The notes beneath the pieces are model-generated. The model saw nothing but the letters and a program-made list of their open reading frames with translations. It was not told the origin of the DNA and did no database searches. This document shows positions 37,611 through 58,813 of a DNA stretch of 64,000 nucleotides, piece after piece. Within the stretch, counting starts at the first letter, position 1. Each line of letters begins with the position of its first letter. The position numbers and the translations under genes are program-made. Where the stretch lies: NCBI RefSeq assembly GCF_009914755.1, contig NC_060941.1; one strand, 5' to 3'. Source of the DNA: the human T2T-CHM13v2.0 reference genome, Homo sapiens.

Positions 37611-38008
37611 CTAGCACTTTGGGAGGCCATGACAGGAGGATCACTTGAGGTTAGGAGTTAGAGGCCAGCCTGGGCAACATGGTGAAACCCCATCGCTACA
37701 AAAAATACAGAAAAAATTAGCCGGCCATGGCACACGTCTGTAGTCTCAGCTACTCAGGAGGCTGAGGTGGGAGAACACCTGAGCTCAGGAAGTCCAGGCT
37801 GCAGTGAGCAGTGGTCAGGCCAGTGCATTTCATCCTGGGCAATGGAGTGAGACCCTGTCCAAAAAAAATTTTTTAAAAAAGTTGTTTTGGTAGAGACAGG
37901 GCTTTCTCCATGTTGCCCAGGCTGGTCTCAAACTCCTGACCTCAAGCCATCCTCCCCTCTCAGCTTCCCAAAGCACTGGGGTTACAGGCATGAGCCACGG
38001 TGCCTAGC
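37611..38008. mobile_element. Sense AluJ lacking its first ~30 nt (37611-37868) and an antisense left monomer (37885-38008)
   Basis: Consensus; the Alu begins CTAGCACTTTGGG immediately after the LTR end. Confidence 0.9.
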
Positions 38009-38416
38009 TAACAGTTTTCTAATCTTGGAGAAGGAGGAAACTGGACATAATTATTTCTAAGCATCCTTCTAGCATTTAGTTTTCTTGCTCATCGTCCCAG
38101 TGCTCCATATCCCCACCACTACCCCACTCCCAAACATACTCATATGTAGCACCAGGGGCTGGGTTCCTGCATGCAAGTCATCTAAAAGTGACGCTATTGA
38201 CTGAATGACTGTGACCTAGGAGGCTGGGCTGATAAGGATCACCTAACAAAAACCAGTTACTGATGTTAGTGCTTACACTAACATCCCCTTGAAGGAAAAG
38301 TCTTAAAGCCATTTTATAAATTGTCAACCTATTTGCCCTAATGTGGTCATTCTCATCACTTATTACCCTCCTCAAAGTCTTTATTATGCAGCTAAATTAC
38401 AATAATGGTTTAATAG

Positions 38417-38807
<391 letters not shown>

Positions 38808-39409
38808 TACAAGGGCCAAATGTCCAGTAGCAAGGCCATAAGAGCTGCTAAGTGACATTGCTTCATCATGAACTCATGCCCTCTAATTCCACATCCAGGG
38901 CCTCTGTCCTCTGAGAACACACATCCAGGACCATACCATCCCAGAGGTGACCTGTCTTTGCAGCTGTGAAGGGGAGCTAGAGCTGGGTGTGCCCAACTGA
39001 TTAGGATTTGCTGAAACAATCCAACCCTTCTTCCATACTTAAAATCCCATCTGGTCTTCGTCCCATATATTTTCCTTTCCGTTTTAAAATGTGAGTCTCT
39101 TCTGAGGGAAAGCCAATCCATGTGTTTCTGATTCATTTAAACTTAATTTCTCCAAATAGCACTCTCTAACATCCCTGAATTTCATACATTTTTAGAAGAC
39201 AGGAAATAGGAAGAGGCCAAGTATGGGCAGATTGGGAAGAGATGGAGCTCCCAGGCACTCACTGGGATTCTCTTCCTTAGGAAAATAATGTCTCCCATCC
39301 TTACAGTGGAGGCTGAGCCTGGATTCAATTCCATATTCTTGCTCCAGCTCTAGCTAAGGTGACAGTTATAACACGTGGGCCAGACAGTATGGGACTCCAT
39401 CCGGCACAC

Positions 39410-39747
<338 letters not shown>

Positions 39748-39984
39748 TAGAACATAGTAAAGCGAGGAATTAACTTGATCCTTGATAGCTTGGCCAGGGC
39801 AGGAAGTAAGGTCACCTGTGAGAGAAGCAATGATTCTGTGGTGCTTCTTGAGTATCTCCATCATATACCTCAGCAGAAGGGCTTGGATGCTCCCTCTAGG
39901 CAAACATGACTATGACAATGAAGTAAAAACAAACCTGGATAACATGATGGGTGGGCTTTGATGGAGAAAGTATATGGAGGCAAT

Positions 39985-40185
39985 ATAGCATGTTAGAAAG
40001 TGCTGTGTAGTCAGACAAAACTGGGTTCAAAGCTTGGCTCTGACAATTAAGCCCAGGGACTTTAGGCAAGTCACTTAACCTCTGTGAATATCATCAGTAA
40101 GCTTCCGCTGCATGAGATTGTTATAAGAATTAAATAAAACCATTTGTAGGGTATGACAATTAATAGGCACTTAAATAAATGGCAG
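39985..40185. mobile_element. MIR
   Basis: CTGGGTTCAAA..GGCAAGTCACTTAACCTCTGTG. Confidence 0.75.
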
Positions 40186-40428
40186 CCAGTAGTGTCATAT
40201 TATCTGAAAGTAAGATACAGTGTGTTGAAATTTCTTAATTCAACTCCCACTTAAATCATGCCCCAGACAGTCTCCTGACACGCTGATGAGGGTCTAATAT
40301 GGAAATTTTGAAGGCAATCAATCAACAATAATTTGATGGGCATGTGATGGTACAAAGCCAGTGCCAGATGCTATGGATGGGTGGGCAGGGGAAAAGAAAA
40401 AAAAGTAGAGGGTTTGCAAGATTGTTCA

Positions 40429-40796
<368 letters not shown>

Positions 40797-41029
40797 TCAC
40801 AAAGCAATTTAGCAGCAAATTTTCAGAATCCAAATTGAGTCTTGGGCTACTGGGGATGTAGAATCATGCTTGGAGGATGCAGACACCCTGCCGGAGGACG
40901 ATCTAAATCTGGAAAACCTGTATGATTCTGAACTGGGACTTGATTTTTAAGCTTCCTTAATACCTGGTAAACCTGAAGCTTGGGATTTTATAACAAGTTT
41001 ATTTTTTATGTGTTAAAAATGTGTGGAGA

Positions 41030-41205
41030 GGGTGAAATGGGAAAAACTGCCTAATGAATATAGAGTTTTGTTTTGGGGCGATGAAATGTTTTGGAACTAG
41101 ATGGAGGTGATGGTTACATGACATTGTGAATGTGCTAAATATCACTGAATTGTTCACTTTAAAATGGTTAACTTTATGCTACAATTTCACCTCAATTTAA
41201 AAATT
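41030..41205 (+). mobile_element. L1MB/MC-type 3' end
   Basis: TTTTGGAACTAGATGGAGGTGATGGTT..CACTGAATTGTTCACTTTAAAATGGTTAA. Confidence 0.8.
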
Positions 41206-41207
41206 CA

Positions 41208-44159
<2,952 letters not shown>

Positions 44160-45581
44160 ATCCAACTATATATTACTTTTGTTTGTATCAAAGGTAAAAA
44201 AGGTCTGGAGGAATAATTCCAAACTATTAACTGAATACTTCTGGAAGGGGGTGGGGAAGATGGGGGAAGAAACTTAAATTTTACTTTGTACATTTGTGTA
44301 CTGTCTTAAAATGTTTTACAGCAAGCATGTATTAATTTTACAATCAAATCAATTAAATCTGAAGATTAATGATAAATTACAGAATATTCAAATAAGGAAA
44401 GACTTTAAAAGGATTATAAATATCATATATATGTATATTCTAACTTGGAAAGATTTCCATAAAATATTGTCTGGTGAAAATTGGGTACACATTACAATGT
44501 CCTCCTCATCTCTTTTATAACATTTTCCAAAGAAACAATGTAATGACCAAAAGCCCCAAAGGGGCGAAATTTTATAATCACCCTAAATACAATAAAACAC
44601 ACACAAAGATGTGTATGAACATTAAAGGGCATGAACTCACCTACATAAATTTTGATTGTAATTTCACAATAGTCAGGATGGAAACTAAAACTAATCTTTG
44701 AGCACCATCTCATGGAGATATTTACCACTACCATGTGGTAGTTAAAATTGTGCCCAGTGTTTCTCTGTGTGTGTGTGACTGAAGGCTTTTCTTTAACAGT
44801 ATGGTGCAATCTCTAGGAGATTTTTTTCTTTTTCTTTAACCCATTGTGTATTACTTAACCTTTCTACAACCAGCAGTGCTTTCTTTGTAAAATGTAAAAA
44901 CCATACTTAAGAAAGAAGTGGAAATTAAAGTTAAAAAACTATATATATACAGTTTTTATACGTTCATAATTTTATTTATATATATATAATTTTAGTTTTT
45001 CAGTACTGCTCCCAGCATGAGAAATTCCTGAAAATGTTTTCTAATAGTGCACTGGTCAAAGTCATGACCCATGCAACTCCCCCACCAAATGTTTGACATT
45101 TTCCTAAAGCCAAATTGAAAGCTCAAACAACAAAAATAATAACCAAGATGGCAGGAGGAGTGTGAGCCTGGGAGTACTGAGTAAACAGAAACAGTCAAAC
45201 TCTCCAGGCGTGGTTTGATCTTAATAGCTAGTGGGCTGACCTGCAAACCACATCACCACAATCCCCTTAACTCCCTTTGGAGATCATTTAGGAGCTCTAA
45301 CCAATACAGAATATAGCTTTCCACCAGGCTAATCAGATGGGAGTCCTCCTTTCTTTTAAATTAGAACAGTGCAACAACCACACAAATAACCAGACAAAAC
45401 TGCATCTAACTATAGCTGGATGGGACTGGATGGACCAGTCCCATCCAGCTACCTGTTTATTTGGAGGTTTTATCTGTACAACACCAAAACAGCTCCATAA
45501 TTGGTGGAATTCACTCGATTGACAAAAATAAATAGGTATGTCAATAAAATATTAACACAACTCATTAAAAAGTAGAAACTA

Positions 45582-46134
45582 CAGGAGGCTGAGGTGAGAG
45601 GATCGCTTGAGCCCAGGAATTCGAGGCTACAATGAGCTATGATCGTGACACTGCACTGCAGCCTGTGTGACAGAGTGGTGAGACCTCATCCCTATAAAAA
45701 AAAAGTTCACCTTTTTATTTTGATAGAGAAGGGGTCTCACTATGTAAAAGTGAAACATTTTGATACTGGTGTCTTGGCCTACTCTACATAATACCAAATA
45801 ACTTACTTTGATTTTCAGTTCAAGAGATCATTATTTTTATTTATTTATTTGTTTTGAGACAGGGTCTCACTTTGTCCCCCAGGCTGAAGTGCAGTAGCAC
45901 CATCTCAGCTTACTGCAGCCTCGACATCCTGGGCTCAAGCAATGCTCCCGCCTCAGCCTCCCAGTAGCTGGGACTGCAGGCGCGGGCCACCACACCCAGC
46001 TAATTGTTGTGTCTTTTGTAGAGATAAGGTTTGGCTATGTTGCCCAGGCTGGTCTCGAACTCCTGGACTCAAGCAGTCCATTCAAGAAGCCTCTCAAAGT
46101 GCTGGGATTATAGGCATGAGCCACGGCACCTGGC
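45582..46134. mobile_element. Sense Alu right arm (45582-45704) and antisense AluJ (45835-46134)
   Basis: Consensus. Confidence 0.88.
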
Positions 46135-46139
46135 TAAAA

Positions 46140-46656
46140 CAGAACTTCTCAAAGTCCCCTAGCCAGGAACATCAATATCACCTCAGAAACACAAATTCTG
46201 GGGCCCCACCCGAGATCTATTGAATTTGAGACTCTGGGATTTGGGCCAATCTGTTTTCTAACAAATGCTCTAGGGTAATGGTCCCCAACCTTTTTGGCAC
46301 CAGGGACCAGTTTCCTGGAAGACAGTTTTTCCACAGACAGTGAGCAGGGGATGGTTTCGGGATGATACTGTTCACTCCAGATCATCAGGCATTAGATCTC
46401 ACAAGGAGTGCCAACCTAGATCCCTCGCGTGCACAGTTCACAATAGGATTCGCACTCCTATGAGATTCCAATGCCACCACTGATCTGACAGGAGGCAGAG
46501 CTCAGACAGTAATACTGGCTTGCCTGCTGCTCACCTCCTGCTGGGCAGCCCAGTTCCTAACAGGCCATGGACCTCCACCAGACTGGTCCATGGCCCAGGG
46601 GTTGGGGACCCCTGCTCTAGGTAATTCTGATGTAGGCTGAAGTGTGAGATCCACTA
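46140..46656. mobile_element. MER5A with a MER1B nested at ~46276-46614
   Basis: GGTCCCCAACCTTTTTGGCACCAGGGACC..GGTTGGGGACCCCTG (MER1B TIRs), 8-bp TSD CTCTAGGG/CTCTAGGT, inside MER5A sequence. Confidence 0.88.
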
Positions 46657-46926
46657 ATTTAGATAAAATTATTCAACTGATGGTTGAAGCTAGCCATGTT
46701 GTTAATGACAAAAAAAAATATGATTGCGGCAGATCAAAACAAGGTGATTGGCACAGAACACAATTTTTAAAATGTGTTTGATTTCCAAAATTTTTATGGG
46801 TATAGTCACAAACTTATGTCTTATTTCAAAGGTCCCCAGCATTTGTATGTTGAAGAGCCACTTTTATTGTCCTCAAGTCTTCGAATGTGCTAGGTATAAA
46901 ACCCTAGTTATATATATAAAGAGAGA

Positions 46927-47733
<807 letters not shown>

Positions 47734-47914
47734 TATATAAGCTTTAAAATGTTGGTATCAAAAACTTACATTTTATCTCTTTAAAAAAAACAATTTTACT
47801 ATATCCCTCTCTGCCCCTTATTTTACGGATTATTTTCAAAAGATGGCAACATTGTTTTGAGTACTAGGAAATTATCTCAATTATAAATGATTATAATGGT
47901 GATTACATGAGTAG

Positions 47915-48032
47915 ATTATGAGAAGATTATGAAGCCTTACTACAGACTGAGAATTAAGCACAAAGTAATCATGACTTTATTAGCATCCCTTTCTCCAGGA
48001 GGCAACCCTTGCAGGAAACATGAATTCTAGAA
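47915..48032 (+). repeat. Dispersed direct repeat, copy 1 (~118 bp)
   Basis: About 85% identical by hand alignment to 49728-49844. Confidence 0.9.
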
Positions 48033-48034
48033 CC

Positions 48035-48150
48035 ATCTGTGGCACCACTAGCTGTGTGATTTGGACTTCTCTGAGCCTCAGGATTCTCATCTGTACATTT
48101 GAGAGTTGGGACAAATGATTCTCAAGGGCCCATCCAGATCTAAAATTTTG
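48035..48150. mobile_element. MIR
   Basis: ACTAGCTGTGTGA..CTTCTCTGAGCCTCAG..CTCATCTGTA. Confidence 0.7.
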
Positions 48151-48158
48151 TAATTCTA

Positions 48159-48940
<782 letters not shown>

Positions 48941-49354
48941 TCTACAATTATATATTGTTCACTTAGCTCAATCTTATCTGTAGCTGCAGTGCCATACAAT
49001 GATTATGAGTTCAGAATTCTGTTGTGAGGGCCCTGTAACAGACTGAATAAAAAATTTATTATGGTTATGGTAATTCTATTGTGTATTTTAGAATAAATAC
49101 CTAAATATTTAGATAATATTTAATTATCTAAATATTTGTTAACCATATATAGTATATAACAACTTCCATTAACCAACACATGGAATTAATTGAAATATCT
49201 CATTTCTTGCTCATTCTGAATAAGTGGGAGTTCGATAATCTATCTCTCTTCTGAGGAATTCAACAAGTTTTTATTTTTGGTATTTCATTAGCATTACTCA
49301 ATCTTCGAATGAGAATAATAGAGATTATTGTCTCTAGGCTATCAATGGGGATGC

Positions 49355-49725
49355 AGAATCAGAACAATTTGAAGTTGGAAGGAACTTTAAAAGTTGACTA
49401 ATCAGACCCTTTAATTTACAGATGAGAAGAGTGAGACCAAGCCCAGTGCAGTGGCTCATGCCTGTAATCCCAATACATTGGGAGGCTGAAGCAGGAGGAT
49501 CCCTTGAGCTCAGGAGTTAAGGCTGCAGTGAGCTATAATCATATCACTGTACTCCAGCCTGGGTGACAGAACAAGAACCCTCTCAAATTAAAAAAAAAAA
49601 AAAAAAGAAAGAAAGAAAGAAAGAAAAGTGAGACCCGGAGAAGGTAAAGGCCAGAAATATGGAGATCATCTGGATAAGAGTAGGAATAAAATACTAGGCT
49701 CCCTGATCCCCCAGCTTACTTTCCA
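49355..49725. mobile_element. MIR split by a monomeric Alu (49438-49627)
   Basis: AGTTGGAAGGAACTTTA..ATTTACAGATGAGAAGAGTGAG; Alu TSD GAA(G/A)AGTGAGACC. Confidence 0.75.
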
Positions 49726-49727
49726 AC

Positions 49728-49844
49728 ATTATGAGAAGATTATGAGGCCTTACTACAGACTAAGGATTGAAAACAAAGTAATTGTGATCTTATTGACATC
49801 TCTTTCTCAAGAGGCAATCCTTTCAGGAAACATAAATTCTAGAA
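49728..49844 (+). repeat. Dispersed direct repeat, copy 2
   Basis: Aligns to 47915-48032. Confidence 0.9.
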
Positions 49845-50135
49845 TCAGCTAGAAGCCCTCAATAGATTTCCGTCATGGTGCCCAAAATGTAGGATAAGCT
49901 AGATAGAGAAATTCAAGTGTTTTTAGGATTTTCCTATGTTATAGGGTTCTTGCCTTTCCCCACCCCTATGCCTAAATTCAACTCTACTATAAAATCTAAA
50001 GGCAATTCTCTAAAGGAAAGAGTTCTTAAATGAAGAGAGATATAAGATCCCTCCCTAACTTTGACAGTTTACATTTTAACCATTAATATTCCATCAATAA
50101 CCAGGATAACATCATTATAATGGTCAGGGAATTTA

Positions 50136-50580
<445 letters not shown>

Positions 50581-50632
50581 GTTAAACAGCCCTAAATATA
50601 ATCAGTAGAGCAAGGAAAAAAGGAATGAAGGA

Positions 50633-50633
50633 C

Positions 50634-50664
<31 letters not shown>

Positions 50665-50674
50665 CGCGCGCACG
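50633..50674. repeat. (GT)n(GC)n alternating purine-pyrimidine tract (Z-DNA prone)
   Basis: CGTGTG...GTGCGCGCGCGCGCGCACG. Confidence 0.9.
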
Positions 50675-51110
50675 CTAAGAGAGGGGAATGACAGAGAACT
50701 CCAGACTGGTACTAATCTATTAAGAATAAATGTTATTATTGTGGGTGGAAGAAACAGGTTATGGAGGAAAAGCCAGGAAGAGCACTGTTGCCAAGAACCG
50801 TTATCAATTAACATTCTGAAACCATAGCCTTACTCCTCTTCCTTAGGAATCCTATAACATGAGAACATAAAGATTCACTAAGCCAACAAGGCTTTGGTTG
50901 CACACTGGGATCAAGAAGCTCACTAAAGGATCCAGATGTCTGCTTCATTGGAGTGGAAAAAAATGTCATAGTGAGTTCCACGAAATATCTGGCAGGAACA
51001 GACCATGCAGAAGCCAACTACACTGACTGAGAGTGAGCATAAGCGAGAGCAAGAGCGAGAAAGAGAGGGAGAGAGGAAGAGAGAGAAGATTTAATTCAAG
51101 AGGTGTTGCT

Positions 51111-51414
51111 GGCCGGGCATAGTGGCTCACATCTCTGTAATCCCAGCACTTTGGGAGGCCGAGGCAGGCAGATCACTTGAGGCCAGGAGTTTGAGACCAG
51201 CCGGGCCAACACAGTGAAACCCCATCTCTACTAAAAACACAAAAGTTAGCCGGGTATGGCAGTGCATGCCTGTAATCCCAGTTACTCAGGAGGCTGAGGC
51301 ATGAGAATCGCTTGAACCTGGGAGCCAGAGGTTGCAGTGAGCCAAGATCAGGCAACTGCACTCCAGCCTGGGCAACAGTGTGAGACTCTGTATCCAAAAA
51401 AAAAAAAAAAAAAA
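51111..51414 (+). mobile_element. Alu (AluS-like)
   Basis: Consensus. Confidence 0.95.
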
Positions 51415-51809
51415 AGAGGTATCACTGAGCTGTGAAAAGAAACTGGCCAGCCAAATCATAGGCTCCCCTCTCAGTCTGATGTAGTATCAATCCTGGATTT
51501 GCTTGTCCTCTGAGAAGGAAGTCCCTACCTTTGGAGAAAGAAGCTATTGAACATCTCTCTGTTCTCTTTTGCTAGATCCACCAGTTCCTGTGCAGCTCTA
51601 GGAAGGCAAGAACATTTTTGGCTGACTTCTTTGTAGTCTAAAGAATGCATAGGTCAGCTCTTGTAACCCCAAAATACCACTGAGATTTGGGCAGTGGCAT
51701 ATCAAGGAGTTGGGCCTAAAAGCTAAGCAAAGATTGAGAACAAAAAAATAGGAGTAAGTTAAAAGCAGGGTCCTCTTCCAGGGAATATATGAAAGCTGAT
51801 GGTCTAGAA

Positions 51810-52146
51810 CGGGGATCAGCACACATTTGCCATAAAGGGCCAGATAGTAAATATTTTAGACTTTCAAGCTGCACATCCTTATCACAGCTACTCAGTTCTG
51901 CTACTGTAAAGCAAAAGCAGTCATAGATGATAAACAAATAAATGAGTGTGCCCGTGTTCCAATAAAACTTTACTTATAAACAATGAAACTTGAATTTCAT
52001 ATAATTTTTACATGTCAGAGGACATCATTCTTTTTAAAAATTATTTTCAACCACTTAAAAAATGAAAACCATTCTTAGCTCATGGGCTGCACAAAAACGG
52101 GTGGTAGGCCAGATTTGGCCCACAGGCTGTAGTTTGCAGACCCATG
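51810..52146. mobile_element. MER58B-like hAT-Charlie element
   Basis: TAAAGGGCCAGATAGTAAATATTTTAG..GTGTTCCAATAAAACTTTA..GGCCAGATTTGGCCCACAGGCTGTAGTTTGC; TSD GTCTAGAA on both sides. Confidence 0.88.
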
Positions 52147-52182
52147 GTCTAGAACAACGCTGTCCAATAGAAATATGAGAGC

Positions 52183-52859
52183 TGTTGGGTACAGTGGTTC
52201 ACACCTGTAATCCCAGCATTTGGGGAGGCCAAAGTGAGATGATTCCCTGAGCCCTGGAGTTTAAGACCAGCCTGGGTAACATGGCAAGAGATCATCTCTA
52301 CAAAAAAAAATTAAAAATCAGCTGGGCATGGTGGTGTGCACCTGTAGTCCTAGCTACTGGGGAGAATGAGGCTGGAAGAGGATTGCTTGAGCTCAGGAGT
52401 TCAAGCATGTAGTGAGCTATTACATCCACTATTACACTCCAGCCTGGGTAACAGAGTGAGACTCTGTCTCTTAGAAAAGAAAGCCGGGCACGGTGGCTCA
52501 TGCCTGTAATCCCAGCACTTTGGGAGGCTGAGGCAGGCAGATCATGAGGTCAGGAGATCGAGACCATCCTGGCTAACATGGTGAAACCCCATCTCTACTA
52601 AAAATACAAAAAAATTAGGCGGGCGTGGTGGTGGGCGCCTGTAGTCCCAGCTACTCGGGAGGCTGAGGCAGGAGAATGGTGTGAAATATAAGAGCTGAAG
52701 CCAGGCACAGTGGAACATGCCTGCAGTCCGAGTTACTTGCGAGGCTGAGGTGGGAGGATTTGCTTCAGCCTGGGAGTTAGATGTAGCCTAGGCAACATAG
52801 TGAGACCCATCTCTAAAAAAATAAAAAGAAAAAAAGAAAGAAAGAAAAAAGAAAAAAAT
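52183..52859 (+). mobile_element. Alu cluster: AluJ, 3'-truncated AluY-like (52483-52685), left monomer
   Basis: Consensus; the site AAATAT..GAGAGC recurs three times. Confidence 0.88.
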
Positions 52860-53345
52860 ATAATGAGAGCCATATATGTAATTTAAAATTTTCTAGTAAT
52901 CTCATGTAAAAACTTTTAAAAGGGTAAAATTAATATTTTATTTAACCCAGTATATGAAAAATATGATTTTAATGCTATCAATATGTAAATTACCAGTGAG
53001 ATATTTTACTTTCTCTGTTTTCATATTAAGCCTTTGAAATCCAGGATGTATCTTACACTTATAGCCCATCTCGGTTCATTCTAAATATATTATAAGAATT
53101 CAATAGTTACAGACTGCTAAAGATCAGTAAAGATGTTGTCCATTTTCCCAGCTGCACCATCTGAGAGTGTTGCATGTTGAAGACATGATCTGTTACAACA
53201 AATAAGTCAAGTCACCTGTACTGGAAATCAGTTTGCTGAAATTATTGAATCAAGTTGAAGAAAAGGAGGTTCCAGCCTTGACAAGAGGATTGTGGCCCTT
53301 TTTGGAATCCCTCTGGACACAGCCTCCCAGCATCTTCTAGGAAAG

Positions 53346-53525
53346 ATGAGGCAGCTCAAAGGGAAGCCCAGGAAGGAGACATGGAAGGACAAGAAGGAGC
53401 AGAAGCAAGCCATGCAGGAGGCCCGGCAGCAGATCACCACGGTGGTGCTGCCCACGCTGGCCGCGGTCGTGCTGCTGATTGTGGTGTTTGTGTATGCAGC
53501 CACACGCCCCACCATCACCAAGTGA
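53346..53525 (+). CDS. Intact 59-aa SMCO4-like ORF in the retrocopy (basic coiled-coil N-terminus plus single TM helix); translation not shown
   Basis: ATG 53346 to TGA 53525: MRQLKGKPRKETWKDKKEQKQAMQEARQQITTVVLPTLAAVVLLIVVFVYAATRPTITK. No frameshift or premature stop. The open frame is certain; coding function is not. Confidence 0.4.
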   Translation: MRQLKGKPRKETWKDKKEQKQAMQEARQQITTVVLPTLAAVVLLIVVFVYAATRPTITK

Positions 53526-53627
53526 GCACCGCGGCCATCCATGGACCCAGTCGGCAGGGAAAGGAGGCACAGGAGGTAGAAGCAAATGAAAAATGGCTTT
53601 CATATTCAGAGATGTTCATGCTGCTGA

Positions 53628-53975
<348 letters not shown>

Positions 53976-54078
53976 TGATTAAAGTGTCTCTGCTTTTCTT
54001 GGGAGGGAGTAGGGGATGTTTTATCAGTGAACGAGCCATATACCTTACGGTCCACTCATATGCCTTTCAGACTTCAAA

Positions 54079-54081
<3 letters not shown>

Positions 54082-54119
<38 letters not shown>
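54082..54119. repeat. (GT)n microsatellite
   Basis: Direct read. Confidence 0.95.
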
Positions 54120-54120
<1 letters not shown>

Positions 54121-54401
54121 TTTTTCTCGCCTAAAAATCGATAAGTAGCTCCACCTGAAGAGGGGCAGAACTTCTGGGTCAGGAAGCAGCTGGAATCCAC
54201 ACTCACCTCATCCCCATTATTTGGATCATGCCTCTTTCCAACACGTGTTCACAATCTCCAAAGGGAATGTATTTCCTCTCTGTGCTTAATGTAATTTGAA
54301 ATATGTTGAATCAAAGTGAAATATTTATTTTTGAATAAAGGAGATAATAGCATTAAAAAATTCAATAGTTAGAAGCTACCATATTGAACAGTGCAGAGCT
54401 C

Positions 54402-54447
54402 TTAGGTTGGTGCAAAAGTAATTGCGGTTTTTGCCATTACTTTTAAT
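54402..54447. mobile_element. Half MADE1 (mariner MITE)
   Basis: TTAGGTTGGTGCAAAAGTAATTGCGGTTTTTGCCATTACTTTTAAT; second arm absent. Confidence 0.9.
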
Positions 54448-54451
54448 AGAA

Positions 54452-54637
54452 CAATGTTTTCAAACTTAAGTTTGCATCAGAATCACTTGATTCTGATTTT
54501 AACAGTCGTTAAAATAAAGATTGCTGGGACCCATCCGCAGTTTCTGGTTTTGGCAGGGTGCAAGAACTTCCATTTCTAATAAGTTCCTGGGTGGTGATGA
54601 TGCTGTTGGTTGAAGGACCACACTTTGAGAACCACTT
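54452..54637. mobile_element. MER5-family MITE
   Basis: TCAAACTT..GCATCAGAATCAC..CATTTCTAATAAGTTCC..GACCACACTTTGAGAACCAC, followed by ATCTAGAA. Confidence 0.82.
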
Positions 54638-54725
54638 ATCTAGAAGCTGGAGCAGTAAGAAAAAGTAGAAAAGCAATTAGGAGCCAGGGATATGTAAAAG
54701 AAAGTGGTTTAAAAAAAAAAAAAAA

Positions 54726-57176
<2,451 letters not shown>

Positions 57177-58155
57177 GACCAATGAATTCAAGTGTCTACC
57201 CCCTAACCCAAACAGAAGCAGACCCTAAATCTTTCAGGGTGTCATCCTAAGCTAAGTAGAAATCTAAAAGTTTCCTAGAGCACAGATAAGAGTGACCTAG
57301 CACTCCAGCCAACCAGAAAGGGAAAAGCAGAACATAAGCTTACTTTCTACAAAGGAAGCAGCTATACAAATTATGCCAAAGAACTAGAAAAACACTAATT
57401 TGAGTATCCAAAAGGGGGGAAGTAGTTCCAAATATTTCTAATAAAGAGCATTCTGTAAGCCTTCCAACAAGCTATTAAAGGTTGAGAAAACCTATCTGGC
57501 AACCCAGTTAATTTCAGGACACATAATTACAGGAACTTAGTCCCTCAAGTCAGAGATGCCTGTGAGGAATTGCACGGTTTGAATCACAGCAGATTTGCAG
57601 CCTATTTAAGTTTTTGGACCACTAGAAAACTGGAAAAACAATTCATTTAATATAGTTGAGAGAATACTTAAAAATCCTACATCAATTCAATTATATACTG
57701 ACTTAGAATTATATGATTACTTCCTATGGAGGGTTAATTCCCTGGCATTTAGGTTGAGCCCCTACATATACCTTCAATTATCAAAAAAAAAAACAAAACT
57801 TTATTTGAACTCAAAGTTTTACTTATGAGAATAATGAAATCTTACTTAGATTAACACTCAAAACATTTCTTGGGGATAGGCTTTTTAAAATGAAACCCAT
57901 AATTTATTTTTGTTACAAAAGGAAATGTTTACGTCCCTGTTAAAGTATAAAAAGGGTCTCATTAGTGTATCTGAAGAGTACTACATTGTACATTGTCTTC
58001 CAGAGGTGGAAAAAAAAAGAAGTTAACTTTTACATATACTTGAAAGGGAAAGTCTGCATTCTGCACTAAGTTTTCTTGAATGGAATAAGTTTAAATTGTC
58101 CTCAGTTCTAGCAAAGAATGTTCTTAAATATCTGTCTTTAAAAATCCAATAGTAG

Positions 58156-58813
<658 letters not shown>

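Noticed and set aside
53292-53345. 18-aa N-terminal extension of the SMCO4-like ORF in the ORF track
   Set aside because: Starts at GTG in 5'UTR-derived sequence; the homologous start is ATG 53346.
54402-54447. Possible miR-548-type hairpin from MADE1
   Set aside because: Only one arm is present, so the long hairpin cannot form.
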